From the NCBI GenBank assembly GCA_973895155.1, contig OZ316898.1, positions 11,803,187 through 11,867,186 of the forward strand: DNA of 64,000 nt. The letters are read 5' to 3'. Source of the stretch: Marsupella aquatica. Lineage: Eukaryota > Plantae > Marchantiophyta. Positions 43,056 through 56,664 of the stretch are shown piece after piece. The notes beneath the pieces are model-generated. The model saw only the letters and a list, made by a program, of their open reading frames with translations, did not search any database and was not told the DNA's origin. How positions within the stretch are numbered: position 1 is the first letter of the stretch; every line of letters begins with the position of its first letter. The position numbers were made by a program, and so were the translations under genes.

Positions 43056-45156
43056 ATGGTTATCAAAAGGGCAAGAGCGCTGCCGACTTTAACAGTGACG
43101 CTGATTATGCTTTCTTCATTTCAAGCAATTGTGAACGGTGACAAATTCCCGTGGAGTATGGCTCATGCAACAAACTATGGTGGAAGTGATGCGTCCGGTA
43201 CGATGGGTGAGATTTACTTTCTGCCCTGCCACAAATCTTAGGAGCGCGGCACCTCGTTTGTTCGCAATGGAAGGCTCAGGGCTCGGCTCAGGCCTCGGAA
43301 AATCCTTACGTCGATCCTGTCTGATGTTTAGAAGTAGGAAGGCTGTTCTGCTACGCGCATTTCCCACTGTTCTTCCTGGTAGGTATCATACATGGACAAC
43401 AGTAGCGGTCTCGAAGGGCTTGTAATGTCGTCAACACTTGAAGCTCTGAAAGAAACACTTTTTGTCACACAGTCTCGATGTCCAGACGATTCTTACTGGG
43501 CCCACAATCATAATGACAAAGGTGAGGGACCTGTGTCTTCCAGAAATATTCTGTGCATTGCGTTCTAGCAATCTCATACTGTTTCGATAGTTTTTCCATC
43601 GATCGACAAGTATGTCAAGTCTGTCAGTCGATATCCGGAAAGACTGCTCTTCTGTAAAGTTTTACCAGTTTTCTTGCAAGAAGCCCCTGGGGTTTTCATT
43701 GCAGGGAATCTCAGCTCAATTTTCTCACTACTAGTGGAGAGTTATCAGAACGACAGTAAGTTCTGGCTGCATAGTTCTCGTGACATTGTTGCGAAACCCG
43801 AAAGGTGGGTTCTGGTGAGGCCTACCGGATGGATCGTTCAGAATGAAAATATCTGGACCCCGTTAAGTTGTAGATTCCAAGACTTATCATATTTACAGCT
43901 GATACGACTGCCTTGTAATGATTCGAGCAGTACAGTATGGGACGGATAAATGCAGAGCGACGTACTGTCGTGTACTTATCATGTTGTATAAACTGGGGGC
44001 CAAGGCCCAAAGACAGGAATTGGCGAGGTTCTGGAGGTCCGTTTCAGCTTTCCCACAGCAGAATTCTAGGACCATTCCTGCTGTACTTTATAACACTCAC
44101 TCAAAACTCATCTGTCGGTTGGATTCTTTCAGGTGGAGCCTGTGGTTACGGAAACCTTTACAGTCAGGGCTACGGAACCGACACGACAGCCTTGAGCACT
44201 GCTCTCTTCAACAACGGCGCGAAGTGCGGAGCATGTTTTGCCATAGCTTGTTACCGATCTAGGTGGTGCTTGCCTGGAAGTCGTGTAATACATGTCACCG
44301 CTACCAATTTTTGCCCGCCAAATCTTAGCCTTCCGAATGATAACGGCGGATGGTGTAACCCACCACGCCGTCACTTTGATCTGTCGCAGCCTGCGTTCAC
44401 TCGCATTGCTCAATATCGCGGAGGCATTGTCCCCGTTCTCTACAGAAGGTACAGACAGTCCGACGGGTTCTTGGCTTTCTCTTTTGTGGACTATCATGCT
44501 CTCCCGGTCAAATGAAACATCTTATTACTTGACTCTCATTTCAAAAAACACTGGTAATCAGTTTCTAAACTCCTAAAACGTAGATTTGCAACAAGAATCT
44601 CCTTCTCTCATTTGCATCTTTGTCGCAACTATGAAATGTTGCGGAGCAGTCTCCTGTCAGTATTACTTGGCAAACCTCGTCTACTCTGAAATCACAACGC
44701 TGGAATCGACAATATGTAAGACAGACAAGTCGATGGTGGAGTTGTTGCCTCTGGGAACGTCAGCGGTCAAAGGTCTCTGGCATTCTGACAGTGATATAGC
44801 AGTGTTAGAAGAAAGGCTCGTAACCACTTTTTGCTTCCCTATGATGCAGAATACAGTGCAAAAGGAGCGGTGACATTCGATTTACCATCAATGGGCACAA
44901 ATACTTCAACCTGGTCCTCGTCACCAATGTCGGAGGAGTTGGTGATGTGTCGGTGCTGTTGGTGAAGGGGGCGAAAACAAATTACTGGGAAAAAATGCGG
45001 CGAAATTGGGGCCAAAATTGGCAGAGTGACACCATTCTCGTCGGTCAATCCCTCTCTTTCGAAGTATACACAAGCGACGGGGAAAAAGTTACGGTGAATG
45101 ATCTCACTACCTCTAGTTGGCAATTTGGGAAAACATACACTGGCGGACAGTTCTAG
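43056..45156 (+). CDS. EXPA: Alpha-expansin, 3 exons: 43056-43206, 44133-44448, 44850-45156
   Basis: Signal peptide, [61 protein letters not shown]. Confidence 0.96.
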
Positions 45157-45495
45157 CTGTGGGCAGGCGCCCATCAACATCCCAGAGGCCTGCAGAAACT
45201 ACAGTTCAGGATGACCTCCCTTTGTCAGACTGCGATATTACTGTCTTGAATCTCACGAGTTACAATATTCCCGTTCCGTCCTACTGATTTTTTACGGAAT
45301 AGTTCTAAAGCAGCTTCATTTGAATGCCCAAGAGCTAGGAGCACTCTAGGATGTTCCTCGTTTGCTTACAGTCTTGACCTTCTACCCTGGGCTCTAGCTT
45401 TCGATGATGTAATTTCGTCTCTAGATCATATGCAGACTCCAGAATTTATAATTTACAAGAGTTGTTCACCTGCTAACCATGTAAGCGGAGTAATA

Positions 45496-45626
45496 CATAA
45501 ACCGTAACAGAATTGAAGAGCATTGCCCGTTTCAAGTGACTGGAGGAGTTCAAATTGTCTCATAAACCGTAACAGAATTGAAGAGCATTGCCCGTTTCAA
45601 GTGATTGGAGGAGTTCAAATTGTCTC
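45496..45626. repeat. Near-perfect 65-bp tandem duplication in the expansin 3' region
   Basis: One mismatch between copies. Confidence 0.9.
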
Positions 45627-48600
45627 TCCCGAAACAGAAGTCAAATTGGTGCGTTCGATAATGTGGTAAAATGAGGATAACGGGAGGTACCTTCCTAGAC
45701 GCTCCTCTTGTCCAGAAGGCAACGCGCAGATCATCGTCATGAAGTTCCACTAGCTACTGCAGATGGAGCAGTACTAGTCTCCGCACCATTTTCAAATTAA
45801 CTTGAATCTAATGCTCGACATCAGTCAGGTACATGCTGCTACTCGTCTCACTCATAAATTTCATTAGGAGAAAAGTTTGGAACGCCACGGCAGATGATAG
45901 ACGAAAACCTGAATCTCAAACTGCTGCGCGTCACAATTAATTCAATGTATTTTCTAAGTATCCCCTTTTGCCCTTCCTCCGCCACTCCCCGGGTAGAAGC
46001 CAACCATAAAAAACAACTTTTCATCTATGGTTCGGCATTCGCAACGCTACCAGTGCTATTCGAAACGAAACGAAACGACAAATCTCAGTTTTCATTCTCC
46101 ATTTAGCGGCGAAGCTACATCGCTCAGCTGGTTGGAGCCTGTTGGATTTATACAATCTAGAGTCTAGAGTATGACTTAAATCAAATGACGGCGATTAGTG
46201 AGCCAGCGAGCCAACACCATGTAAATCAAACTTAACAGAGTTAATCCACCAAGTCATTAATTGGTGGCAGAAGCTCTCGTTAAATAACTGTGTGGGAGGG
46301 GGGTCAGTCCCAAAATAGCAGCTCTGCCTGGACAGTCATAACGTCACTGGTTGTAGATTATTGATTAAGGGCCCTGCACTCTTGATCCATCGGCACCTGT
46401 CTAATCTAAGGGCTAATTAATTAACTTGCAGATATTAATGCGAAATGATATAACGACGTTCAAACTCGAATAACTTTGCCGAAGAAAACCTCTGCTTATT
46501 AGTTTCGGTCCTACAATTACTGACAAGATTACAAGAAGCCACACTCTTATGAGCAACCAGCCCATTCAGCAAGGTAAAGTGGCAGCCGTCATCAGACTAA
46601 TAATTATCGAGCCAGCTGAACGTAATCTTAGCCTCTCCAGCCGGAGGTGCCATGGAGATATCCAACAGCCTCGCCCGTAAGTTGTGACATCCTAGTGCGC
46701 TCGAATAGAACCTGTTGTCCGTCCTGGTGTTATGGCAGAACTATATAATTTATTATAAGCAACTTGCTGGCTACACGTGCACCAGAGCTCCCTGAGACTC
46801 TGCCTCGCTCCCCAGTAATTATTGGGCTATAACGGCGAGAGTGTGAGAGTAGGCTGGAATCGGGATGCCATTAAGTTTAGTCGCTTCTCACTTTCTCAGC
46901 CTTGCAAGTTCTGGCGTGTAGTCCAAGCCCAAAAGCCAGGGTGCCGACTTTTCTTCACTTTCTTGAATGGAGCACAACGATTGATTGGATGGCTCTTATT
47001 AGAAACTGAATTACAATAATGAACAAAATATCAGGATGCAGTCCAAGCCAACTAGCCAAGAGCCCAGAGCCAGGGTGCCAACTTTTGCTACAGTACTTTG
47101 ATAATGGAGCGCAAGCGCAGTGATTGATGGAATGACTATCACAACTTGAATGAGTAGAAACCGGAAAACATCTGGCCAAGATTCTACTGGTCACTGGTGT
47201 GTCTATTGAGCAAGAACGTCATGAAGCTGAAATGAATCTCAAGGTAAAAAATGAATCATCTTTATTTGGTTCCTTCGCCTCAAATATGTTCTGTAGAATA
47301 TACATGTAGTCTTAGAATGCAGCCCTCTTTTCTGCCTGGAAAAATCCATTTGAATTCCATTCAAAAAGCATTTGTCCATCTTTCACCCAGGTTTGTTCGC
47401 ACTGTCAAATGCGTCGTCACAGACTTGTATTCCATCCCGACCAGTCCTCACCACATCCCGCTGACTTCGCATTGCGATGGGTTATCGGGAAGGTTTTTCT
47501 TCTCTGCTAGCCGATGGCCAAATCCATCAGGTAGCAACGACTGGCAGCTGCTTGAGAAACTGCAGTTCATGATTTAAATTTTTCCAGGATCTACAGTTGC
47601 GTGAAACGACTGAAAGGAAACGCTCACTACTCTATATACAACACCTAGCTAACGGATCAGCCAATTCTTTCTATCAACGCACCTACCTGACTTTCCTCAG
47701 ATCGGGGAGACGAGGAATGTCCGGTATTGTTTTTTGGCCGGGACAAATTCTGACTAAGAAGCCTGTCATTCACGTTGGTCCACAGAAGTACAGAACCTTC
47801 GACCTCTGAAGAAAGAGAAACTGTTTCAAAACAATTTTCTCGGTCCGTAGAGGTCTATACTGCTAAATTGTGTACTCAGCGAAACACTTGGCAGACTTCA
47901 CGCGTGTCCTGATGTTTGTACTACATGTGTGTACTACGTCGGCCAGTATATGATGTCCATCTGGGTCACAATACAGTACTAATCAGCGCGTGGAAAAGCA
48001 ATTTGCCCGTCGCCACTTGATCTTCATAAGAGAATGTGTACTAAGGTATTCCAACATTTACGGAGATCACAGATGAGTCGAACTTCCCCGCCCCTAAGTC
48101 TAGACTGTAAGAAAAATTAGAAAAATTCGATACGGCAAGAATTGTGTCCATCCGAGAGACACAGACAGCGGGCCTAAACCTACTGTTTGCGTCATGGATA
48201 ACTACTCGATTACGTATGTTGTACAGGGAAACGAAGACAGCAATGAAACGCCAAAAAGCCTAACTTGGAAGGTACGAGGTGAGTCCCCAAAGTTTGCAAT
48301 GTGACTGCTGACGCGCTAAATTATGACTCAAAAACGATGTTTGACGTCGACATTTGTCACAACTTGCACAGATCGTACGTCAGGACTCATGGAAAATATC
48401 TAAGGAAACTTTGCTTCGAATCAATTGGGGGGTCTGCTGCTCTGGTCAGTCATGGTAACTGTACCTCGTCTCCATGAGAGTGTAATGAAAGTGTGCCTTA
48501 GAGCCAATTCGAATGGACAAGTTCGTTCGCATGTACGATTTCTTACAAAAAAAAATGTCCGGGATTGAAATAGCCAGAGAAACCAAGCTCGACGTCTGTC

Positions 48601-49709
48601 ATTTTTTATTGCAAGTGTCATAATTATATCTGTCATTAAACATTGTCATAGATGAGGTTGCGCGGTCAGCTGTGAAGCTCGACATCTATCATTTTCCACT
48701 GCAAGTGTCAGTCATTAAACATTTCTTATCCTAGATGAGGTTCGGCGGCGAGTCAGCTATGATAGGGGTGTGGCAAACGTTGAGCACGAAACGGACCCCC
48801 ACCTGAATTACCCGACCTGTACACTTTCCTCAGTCGTCGTCGGTCAGTGAATCTGCAATCAAGTATACACCCGATTAAATTCAAATTGCATGTATGTACA
48901 ATGTGATTTGTACCACCGTATGATGAATTGATTTAAAAGCCATATAATATGTAAGTGTCGTTGACAAAAGCAGGTGGAAAGTACGATCACTTTTGTTCTC
49001 ATAAAATGTGAAGTCATCGAAAATACTTATCGACTTTGATTTGAATTTGATTCTGTACGTACCCGCAATTAGAAAACTAGGTATAGGTATTATTCACATC
49101 CTTCGCATGCTTGACATAATTTGCTTGAACCAAAACCTCACAGGGGACAAAGTAACGAGGAATAATCGTTTGTGCTACGTCGGCAAGTACCCGTCGTGAC
49201 CTGAAACATATTTCCTAAGCAAATATGAGGAATGATAGTTTATACAAACTCGGAAAGCATCCCTCGTGACCTCAAGACAAATTCCATATTTTCTGAGCGA
49301 ACATGAGGAATGATCGTTTGTACTACCTCGGAAAGTATCCCTCGTGACCTCAAGACACAAATTCCAAGACTCAAAGAATGCTCCATTCGCCAATTGAGTC
49401 ACAACATGATCGGTAATTGGAATGATAATTTACAAGGCTTTATTACTAATACAGGCAGAGTTCGAAGCAGCCAAAACTAACTAATCAGATTCTTCGAGAT
49501 CATCCTATTTCTGTCTGATATGAACAGATTGGGATATGTAGGTATCAAAAACCATCTGTATAACGAGCCGTAATCCATACTAAAAAACATGATCCTACGA
49601 CACGGTATCATTTTCCTGTTAGGCATTAAGGCCGACTAATCCGCGGTTGGAGGAGCGATCAAAATTGGAGTGAAACCTTATGGCAATTCACTGTGGCAAT
49701 AAAGCCAGT

Positions 49710-51744
49710 TCAAAACATAGGCTTCGTCCGGAGAATTGGAACTGCCTGGAGAGGGCAAGCCATCTCACACGAAAGCTTCAGCTCTTCGCTCAAGTCGACC
49801 GCAGGAGAGCCAGGTGCTTGTCTCCAGGAGAACTGCTGCAGGAGTCGAGCGAGCCAAAGATGGGATGTCGCCAACCCAAGCGATCGTCCCGGGCACACCC
49901 GCCTCCCAGCTCCAAAAGGTGCGAGCCGCAAGTCTCCTCCTCGCACATCGAACTCAGCTCCAAGCTCCATGAACCTCTGCGGGTAGAATTCGAACGGATT
50001 CTTCCAGATAGCCGGATCATGAGTTATCGCCCACATGTTTACCATCGCAGTGGTGCCACGGGGCACATCATACCCCCCGAGCTTCACGTCTTCCGTCGCC
50101 AGACGTGCCCACGAGAGGAGAGGACCAGGCGGATGATCACGCAGGGTCTCTTTCAAGACGGATTGAAGAAAAGGTAGTTTCTCCATATCAGTGTCTTCCA
50201 CAGCACGAGGACCAACGATAACGTCGAGCTCGTCCTGCACTCTCTTCTGCAGTTCAGGGTGCAGAACCATCTCTGCCAGCGCCCACTCCACCAGAACAGC
50301 AACAGTGTCTGTTCCCCGGAATATCATCTCCTGTAACAATAAAAGCCATACAGGTAAGTGAGACCGGTGGTCCAAACCGTGAGTTGGAACTAAGAGAGTG
50401 CCAGTAAATGAATGTGCTCGGAAGCAGGAAATGACAATTCTAATCACTCACCCATAGCACTGAGATCATATCATCGTCCGACATTTTATCTTCACCCTCG
50501 AGGGCCAACAAGACATCCACGAAGTCTTTCTCCGAGTCCTGACGTTGGCAATCACATACTCGATGCTCGTCAATAATTCGCTGTACAAATGCCTTAACTT
50601 TAGGGACAAGTGTCTTACAGGTGCTCCCCACATGCAGAATATCCAAGTACCGCATGCCTGGGAAGTGATCAGCCCAGTTGAACGCACCCAGGATGTCAAA
50701 ACAACCACGGATCATTCCTTCCAGCTCCTCGGCTTCAGCGCAGGAATCCCCAAATTCGTAACGGCGTCCAAACACAATCCTCATCATGTTGTTGACAGAT
50801 GCACGCTGCAGGAACGACCTCACACGAATTGGCTTCGGAGCGCTCACATCACCTCCTGAGGCAGCTGCGTTGTTGTTAATAGCCTCCAACATGTGATTAG
50901 TCTCCTGCTCACGAACCTCTTTGTGAGCCACAATCTGCTTCGGACAGAAGAGACTAGTGGCTGCAATCCTCCTCAGACCTCGCCAGTAAGGCCCAGGAGC
51001 AGCGAACCCCATTGCCCTGTCAAACAGCAGCTTCTCCGCGGCTTCCTTCAATGGTCTCTCGGCGAAGGCTGATCCAACCAACATTTCCCGAGCTACCATG
51101 GGATCAGATGTCACAACAATACGAGTGCGACCCACACTGAATGCAATTAGCTTCTGCGCACCGAGGGCCCATGCCAACTTCGCAAGCTTCCTGTGGGCGT
51201 TACCTTGCATCTCTTGCGCACATCCAATCACAGGCAATCCTTTGGGACCTGGTGCGATCCGCATTTTCTTTCCATAACTCAGGCGTGGTGCACTCCATGC
51301 ACTTCCGCCGGAGCCACTCCATGTCACCAGAACAGCTGCCACGGATACGAGAATAACCAGGACGAGGGGCATCAGCCATCCGAGGAGCTCCGAACCCTCG
51401 CTCTCGTTGACGAACGTGAGGCCAGGAGCATCTGAGGATTCGCTCACAGCATCACCGGCAGCGGAAGATACGTACCTGAGGAGGTCTCCTCCACGAGGCA
51501 TGACACGCAGAAAAAAGCTACAACCTAGAACGACAGCTCCCATGCTCAGCATTACCCAGAGAAATCTCAGACTGCTGGTGACTGCACTTCCCGTGCTCCA
51601 AGCCAGAATTCCACGCAGGGCCTCGGACACCAATGCGCCAACAGGTCCATACGAGTCCAGACGGCTGCAGAGTCCAAGCAGCGAGGTGTGCGCCACCAGG
51701 AGAACATTTCTTCGAGGCTCATTCCCCATCTTCGCTTGCGGCAT
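49710..51744 (-). CDS. CYP78A: Cytochrome P450 CYP78A (KLUH-like), 2 exons: 51744-50452, 50330-49710; start codon uncertain
   Basis: [39 protein letters not shown], heme motif [16 protein letters not shown]. Confidence 0.93.
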
Positions 51745-52959
51745 GTCCAGTGTCGGGGAAACGTCGAGCAGTCGAGCTGAAATCGGACTGATCTCTACTC
51801 AGCGATATGCCTTGCCACGATTAAATGATGCCCTCAACTGGCAAATTACACCTGAATTAAGCAATGCACCATACCGCCACACATACTGAGACTGGCTTGT
51901 AGGAGAACTCCAGACTAACCGAAATCCCTCGGATCGAGTTGCTGTGCTACTCGACGCAGTCCAGGACTAAGGAACGAGTACTGGAATCTAGAGGGCAAAC
52001 GTTGGGCTCGAAGCTACTCTTTTGATCTGATAACGATATGACGAGAGTTTCAGACCTTGCTACTGATTAGACGGGATGAGATTGACTTGTCACTTCAAAG
52101 ACAGTCGTCGAGAACAGACTCTAAGGCTGGATTTGGTTCGTCCAGACTCACTCTATCAGTCCGACGTTTCGCTCACTCACTACATATAGCGGCTGCGGCA
52201 CCACAAAATTTGACTGATGAACTCGCGCGCCGTCAGAAAGATCCGGAGTGCACTCACTCATCACTCATCGATCTGAAGAGATGGCAATGCTTGAATCTTA
52301 GGCCAAATCCGAATATATAGGGGGCGGTATGAAGCGGGAGTTTTCCTGTTTCCTCCGCTCATCACAAATCATCGCGCAGCAAAGCTCGCAGCACTCACCA
52401 GCACCAGCGCAACAGCAATTCAGCAGTCGGCAGCAGGTCTGCTGCGCTACGAAGAGTAGGGACCCACAAAACACACTGATCCGATGCCAAACGGTTACCG
52501 TACCTGCTGCACAGGAGTCTGACAAGGCGGCGGTCGCAAAACTTCAGGACATTTTCGCGTTTTCAGAGAGCCATACGGGAATTCATGTCTCATCATTCAT
52601 ATCATCACGTACTCTTTCGTCGTTGCCTCCCGTAGACGACTGTATACACCGGTCCCCTCCCCTCCCCTCCCCTCCCCTCCCCTCCCCTCCCCGTGTTCGT
52701 TTCCCAACGCAACTGTGTGAGTGACTGTGGGTGCCAATCGAGCAGCGATGTCGCAGAAGTGTGTCGCGAGTTGTGAATAGTGGGCTCTCTGGCCAACCGA
52801 TGAGATGAGAGCGCCCCACTTCAGAATGAGTAAATCGATGTGTCTGTCTGCGGTTGGTTTGTTTGTTGGAAGGAGGGGGCATTCCCGTACCAGATTTACA
52901 CTTTTAGGATGTGAAAAATTGTGAGGGCTGGAAGGGAGACATGATACCAATTTCCACAT

Positions 52960-53185
52960 CTAGGGTGGCTTTATTAGAAGACTTTGGGACACTTGTGACG
53001 TTTTTTTCACCTAAGCAAAGTGGGGGGCCCCTGTACTTCTAAAGATAGACTCCACACCAAGATCACTTGAACGAAAGAGAATGTTTGGACCACCCGGACC
53101 ACCTATGGAGGCGCGGTCTATAATTTGAGCTAAAACCAGTACTCCACATCAGTGTATACTTGGGCCCACTCCTTTTATGTAGGGG
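52960..53185 (+). repeat. Dispersed repeat family member (also ~940-1190)
   Basis: Same blocks in the same order as at 940-1190. Confidence 0.6.
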
Positions 53186-54092
53186 TGGTAAGAAAACATA
53201 CTTAATGAGCCCCAGCCCCTAGTTGTGAAGCCAACTTCATATGTTTCCACTCAGTCTAAATTGAATCTCACAATGAATAAAAAGGAGTGGGCGCCGTACA
53301 TATTGTAAAAAGTCACCCTTAGTATATGAAATTGTGAATGGCAGTCCAAGCAGGTCTAGTGACCCTCTTAAGTTTTGTTATCTTTGTGTTCGTTTTGGTT
53401 GGAAGAGAAGGTGTGGGCCTCTCAAAATCAAGCAAGGGGACAAAAACATCCAAACACAAAGAATAGACAGGCGACTACTGCTTGGGGGCGAAGAAAACCC
53501 AACAAACAACACGGTTATTCATGCCAGGCTATCCTGATGAGCCACTTGAATGGCTCACGTTATCCACTTTCCAATTGTGCTTAATTCTGCTATGCAGGTT
53601 GCTACCCTGGGTCCCATTACCCCATAAGTTCTGGTGTTGTGTGAGATTATCCAATTTAGATCGCAGCCTACTCTTACTTTCACCAGAGTTCCTACCTGGA
53701 TTCCCAAGACTACGTCTTAGGTCTTTGTTGTAACTCAAAAAACAAAACGTATTGAGAGAAGGTGAAGCCATGGTAACACACAAGAACATTTTATTAAACT
53801 TCTAATTCTGTTGGCCATATCGAGTCTCCACACGCTAAGCTCTCCCTCTCTCTAGATCAATTGGCTCCATACTAATCAGCCAAAGTTCCACTCACTAATG
53901 AAGTTTTTCTACTAAGTGAATGTTAGTGGCACATCTAATTAACCAAGCACTTGATTACAGTTAGGCTAATTGCCATTACATAGTACCTAGAGCTAGACCT
54001 AATAGTAACTGCCTAACACTGGCGGACACATCTGATCTTTTGACTGGTCCTTGGTTGTAAAATCCCTCACTCTTGTTGTTGGGCCATTCAAC

Positions 54093-54713
54093 CATCTTAA
54101 GTTAACATTGACCCAACATTGAGGCATGAAAGTTCATTTCTTATTCCCCTTGTAGATTATTCCCCATGTTGTTGCAGACCCATCGCTATACCCCCTCAGT
54201 CCAAGAAGGGACCTTAAAAACATGACCATGAATAGTTGCGGGTAGCACCCCAGGGTCCTCATTTCTTTTCTTCTGACCCATCACATGCGAAGAAGTTTAC
54301 GGTTTTTTTAGTGGGTTCAATGAAATACTTTTAAATTTTTGTTGAAGAACATTAGGGTTATTTTAATCCAATTATGAGAATTAAAAGAATCATAGGGTTT
54401 TTAAAAATCATATTTTAAATATTCTTGGAATATTCCATTAAATTAGGGGTAAAAGAATTTCTTAAAAAAACTTCATTGACTTAAGTTTTAGGGTGTTTAC
54501 CCAAAACTTTGTGCGTGATATGGGACCCCTTGGATTGAGGCCCCCGAGGGTAGCACTATCATCTTAAGTTAACATTGACCCAACATTGAGGCATGAAAGT
54601 TCATTTCTTGTTCCCCTTTTAACTTAATCCCCATGTTGTTGCAGACCCATCGCTATACCCCCTCAGTCCAAGAAGGGACCTTAAAAAAATGATCATGAAT
54701 GGTTGCGGGTAGC
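54093..54713. repeat. ~154-bp direct repeats (54093-54246, 54560-54713) flanking an AT-rich ~310-bp insert
   Basis: catcttaagttaacattgacccaacattgagg...gttgcgggtagca twice; the insert has imperfect inverted ends. Confidence 0.8.
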
Positions 54714-56391
54714 AATCATGAACTCTCAGTTGACCTGATCACTATGCTATGCGAAGCATCGCTAACAAAGTCAAGGTCCAAAAGTTATGGTCCCAATTAG
54801 ATACAGGGTCACAACCACAAATAGGTCCGGACCAAAACTGGTGTGGGGCTGGCCAGCCCCAAAGGCGTATATGAGGGGAGTGAAAAAAAAATTCACAAGC
54901 ATTGTCAACAATGATAAACAAAACTCTGTCGAGGCTAAAGGACAGAGTAGCACAAGAGCTCTGATAAATTCAAGCAAAGCATAGGGGAGGTTGCTTGGTT
55001 TTTGTCTTGAGGTGAGGTGCAACAGAGGTGCCATCCACAAACAATGGGCCTGTCCACAACTTGATAGCTGTAGGTGATCTCAAAGAACAGCGGATGCATT
55101 GTAGAGTGGACAAGGCTAGTTAGGGAGAAAGTTAGTTGCTGGACCCCAGGTCAGGGTCGGATGCTACACTTGATCCACCACTCAGTTCTCATGACCTAGA
55201 AGTACACTTTGTTAAAGCAAACATGGACTGTGGGAAAAGACCATTTCTTCGTGTCCAGTGTTGCTACATTACTTGTGATAGCAATAGCTCCCCAGTCACC
55301 CAAACACTTTTGTCCAGCATTCAAGTCAAATCTAAGACATTCAATCATTTTCGGTTGCAATATTGAGTCCCTATAATAGATGAAGATAGGAGACCAGCCT
55401 ATTCCTATGTCTCACCACCAGTCTCAATCCATGTTGGAGTCCCTCTGCCATTATTCAGTTGAATGTGCCCAATAGTCTATTAATATGGTCTTTCTCCAAA
55501 ATCTTTCCTCTCCAGCCTTATGGTTGGTCGAGTATTCAGTACTGACAAACACAATTGTAGCTCAATACATCATCTTTATTGTTAGAACAATTGTGTAAAA
55601 TTGAGATCAGTTACAAGAGCTTGTGAATTGCAAATATTTTCAATTCCTCCTAGTAGGTAGCAAGGCACTTAGTCAAACTCTTAGTAGAATATTTTGCCAA
55701 AAACAGTCAAGTGATCAATCCAACATCTAAAATGAGAACAGAATCTCGGGACCACAACAAAACCAACTAAATTAATAGTACCATATCATCAACTTTGACC
55801 CTCGCTTTGACCTTCCTCCTCTTTATGGGCAAGATATTTCCATCTTTTCTGGCATTTGCCTTGCTTGATTGTCCAATGACACCTTTAGCTTTAGTCTCTC
55901 TATTTCTTGTTGCACAACCTGTAGGGAATTTAAAGAGGATCTAGCGCAGTGTGGGGCTTAACGTCGAGAGGCTTGAACATAAGTAAGCCCCCACCAAGCC
56001 TCACACTACGGTCATGTTAGGCATACGTGCCTTCTATTTTGTGCCCTAGGCCCTACCTTATGTAATAAAGGAAAGGAACATATTAATGTGTTTTTAAATC
56101 CATTTTACCATAATCTTTAAAGTTATTTTATAAATTAAGGGTTATCAGAAATGATATTTGTATTATAAATTTCACAAGTCTATTGCATATTTACATTTTT
56201 GCATGTTTTACCTATATTAAGGTATCTAAAAATGTAAAAATTAATTATGATTTCTCATTTTATAAACATATATATTTGGGGGTTTTATCTCTAAAGCATC
56301 TACAGCTGTAGGGTCAAATGCACTTGTAACATCTAAAAGAATATATAGGGGTTGATTTTAGAGGGATGGCTTCCAACCGGTGGCCCCTATC

Positions 56392-56664
56392 CAGTGTTTT
56401 TTTTAGTGGCAAAAATTTGCTAGATTCCACCTCCCCAATTATCCTTGGCCACTTTTGGCAAAAATTTGCTACTATTTTGCTGGCTCATTAGCCAGTGTTT
56501 CACCTAATCCCAGGACTCATTAGCCAAAATCTAACTGTCAGTCTTAAATCTAGGGAGATCTGATGGTCAGGAAAATAATTGAATAGGGAATCTCAGCATC
56601 TTGTCCCTCACACACTTTACATTGGCCACTCTGGCTAAAAAGTGAAATCCTTAAAAATAGGCTG
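56392..56664. mobile_element. hAT-type MITE (273 bp) with 8-bp TSD CCCCTATC
   Basis: cccctatc at 56384-56391 and 56665-56672; termini CAGTGTTTTT...AAAAATAGGCTG (imperfect TIR). Confidence 0.7.

Noticed and set aside
43056-51744. Expansin and CYP78A as a functional growth-gene cluster
   Set aside because: Convergent neighbours only; no sequence evidence of co-regulation.
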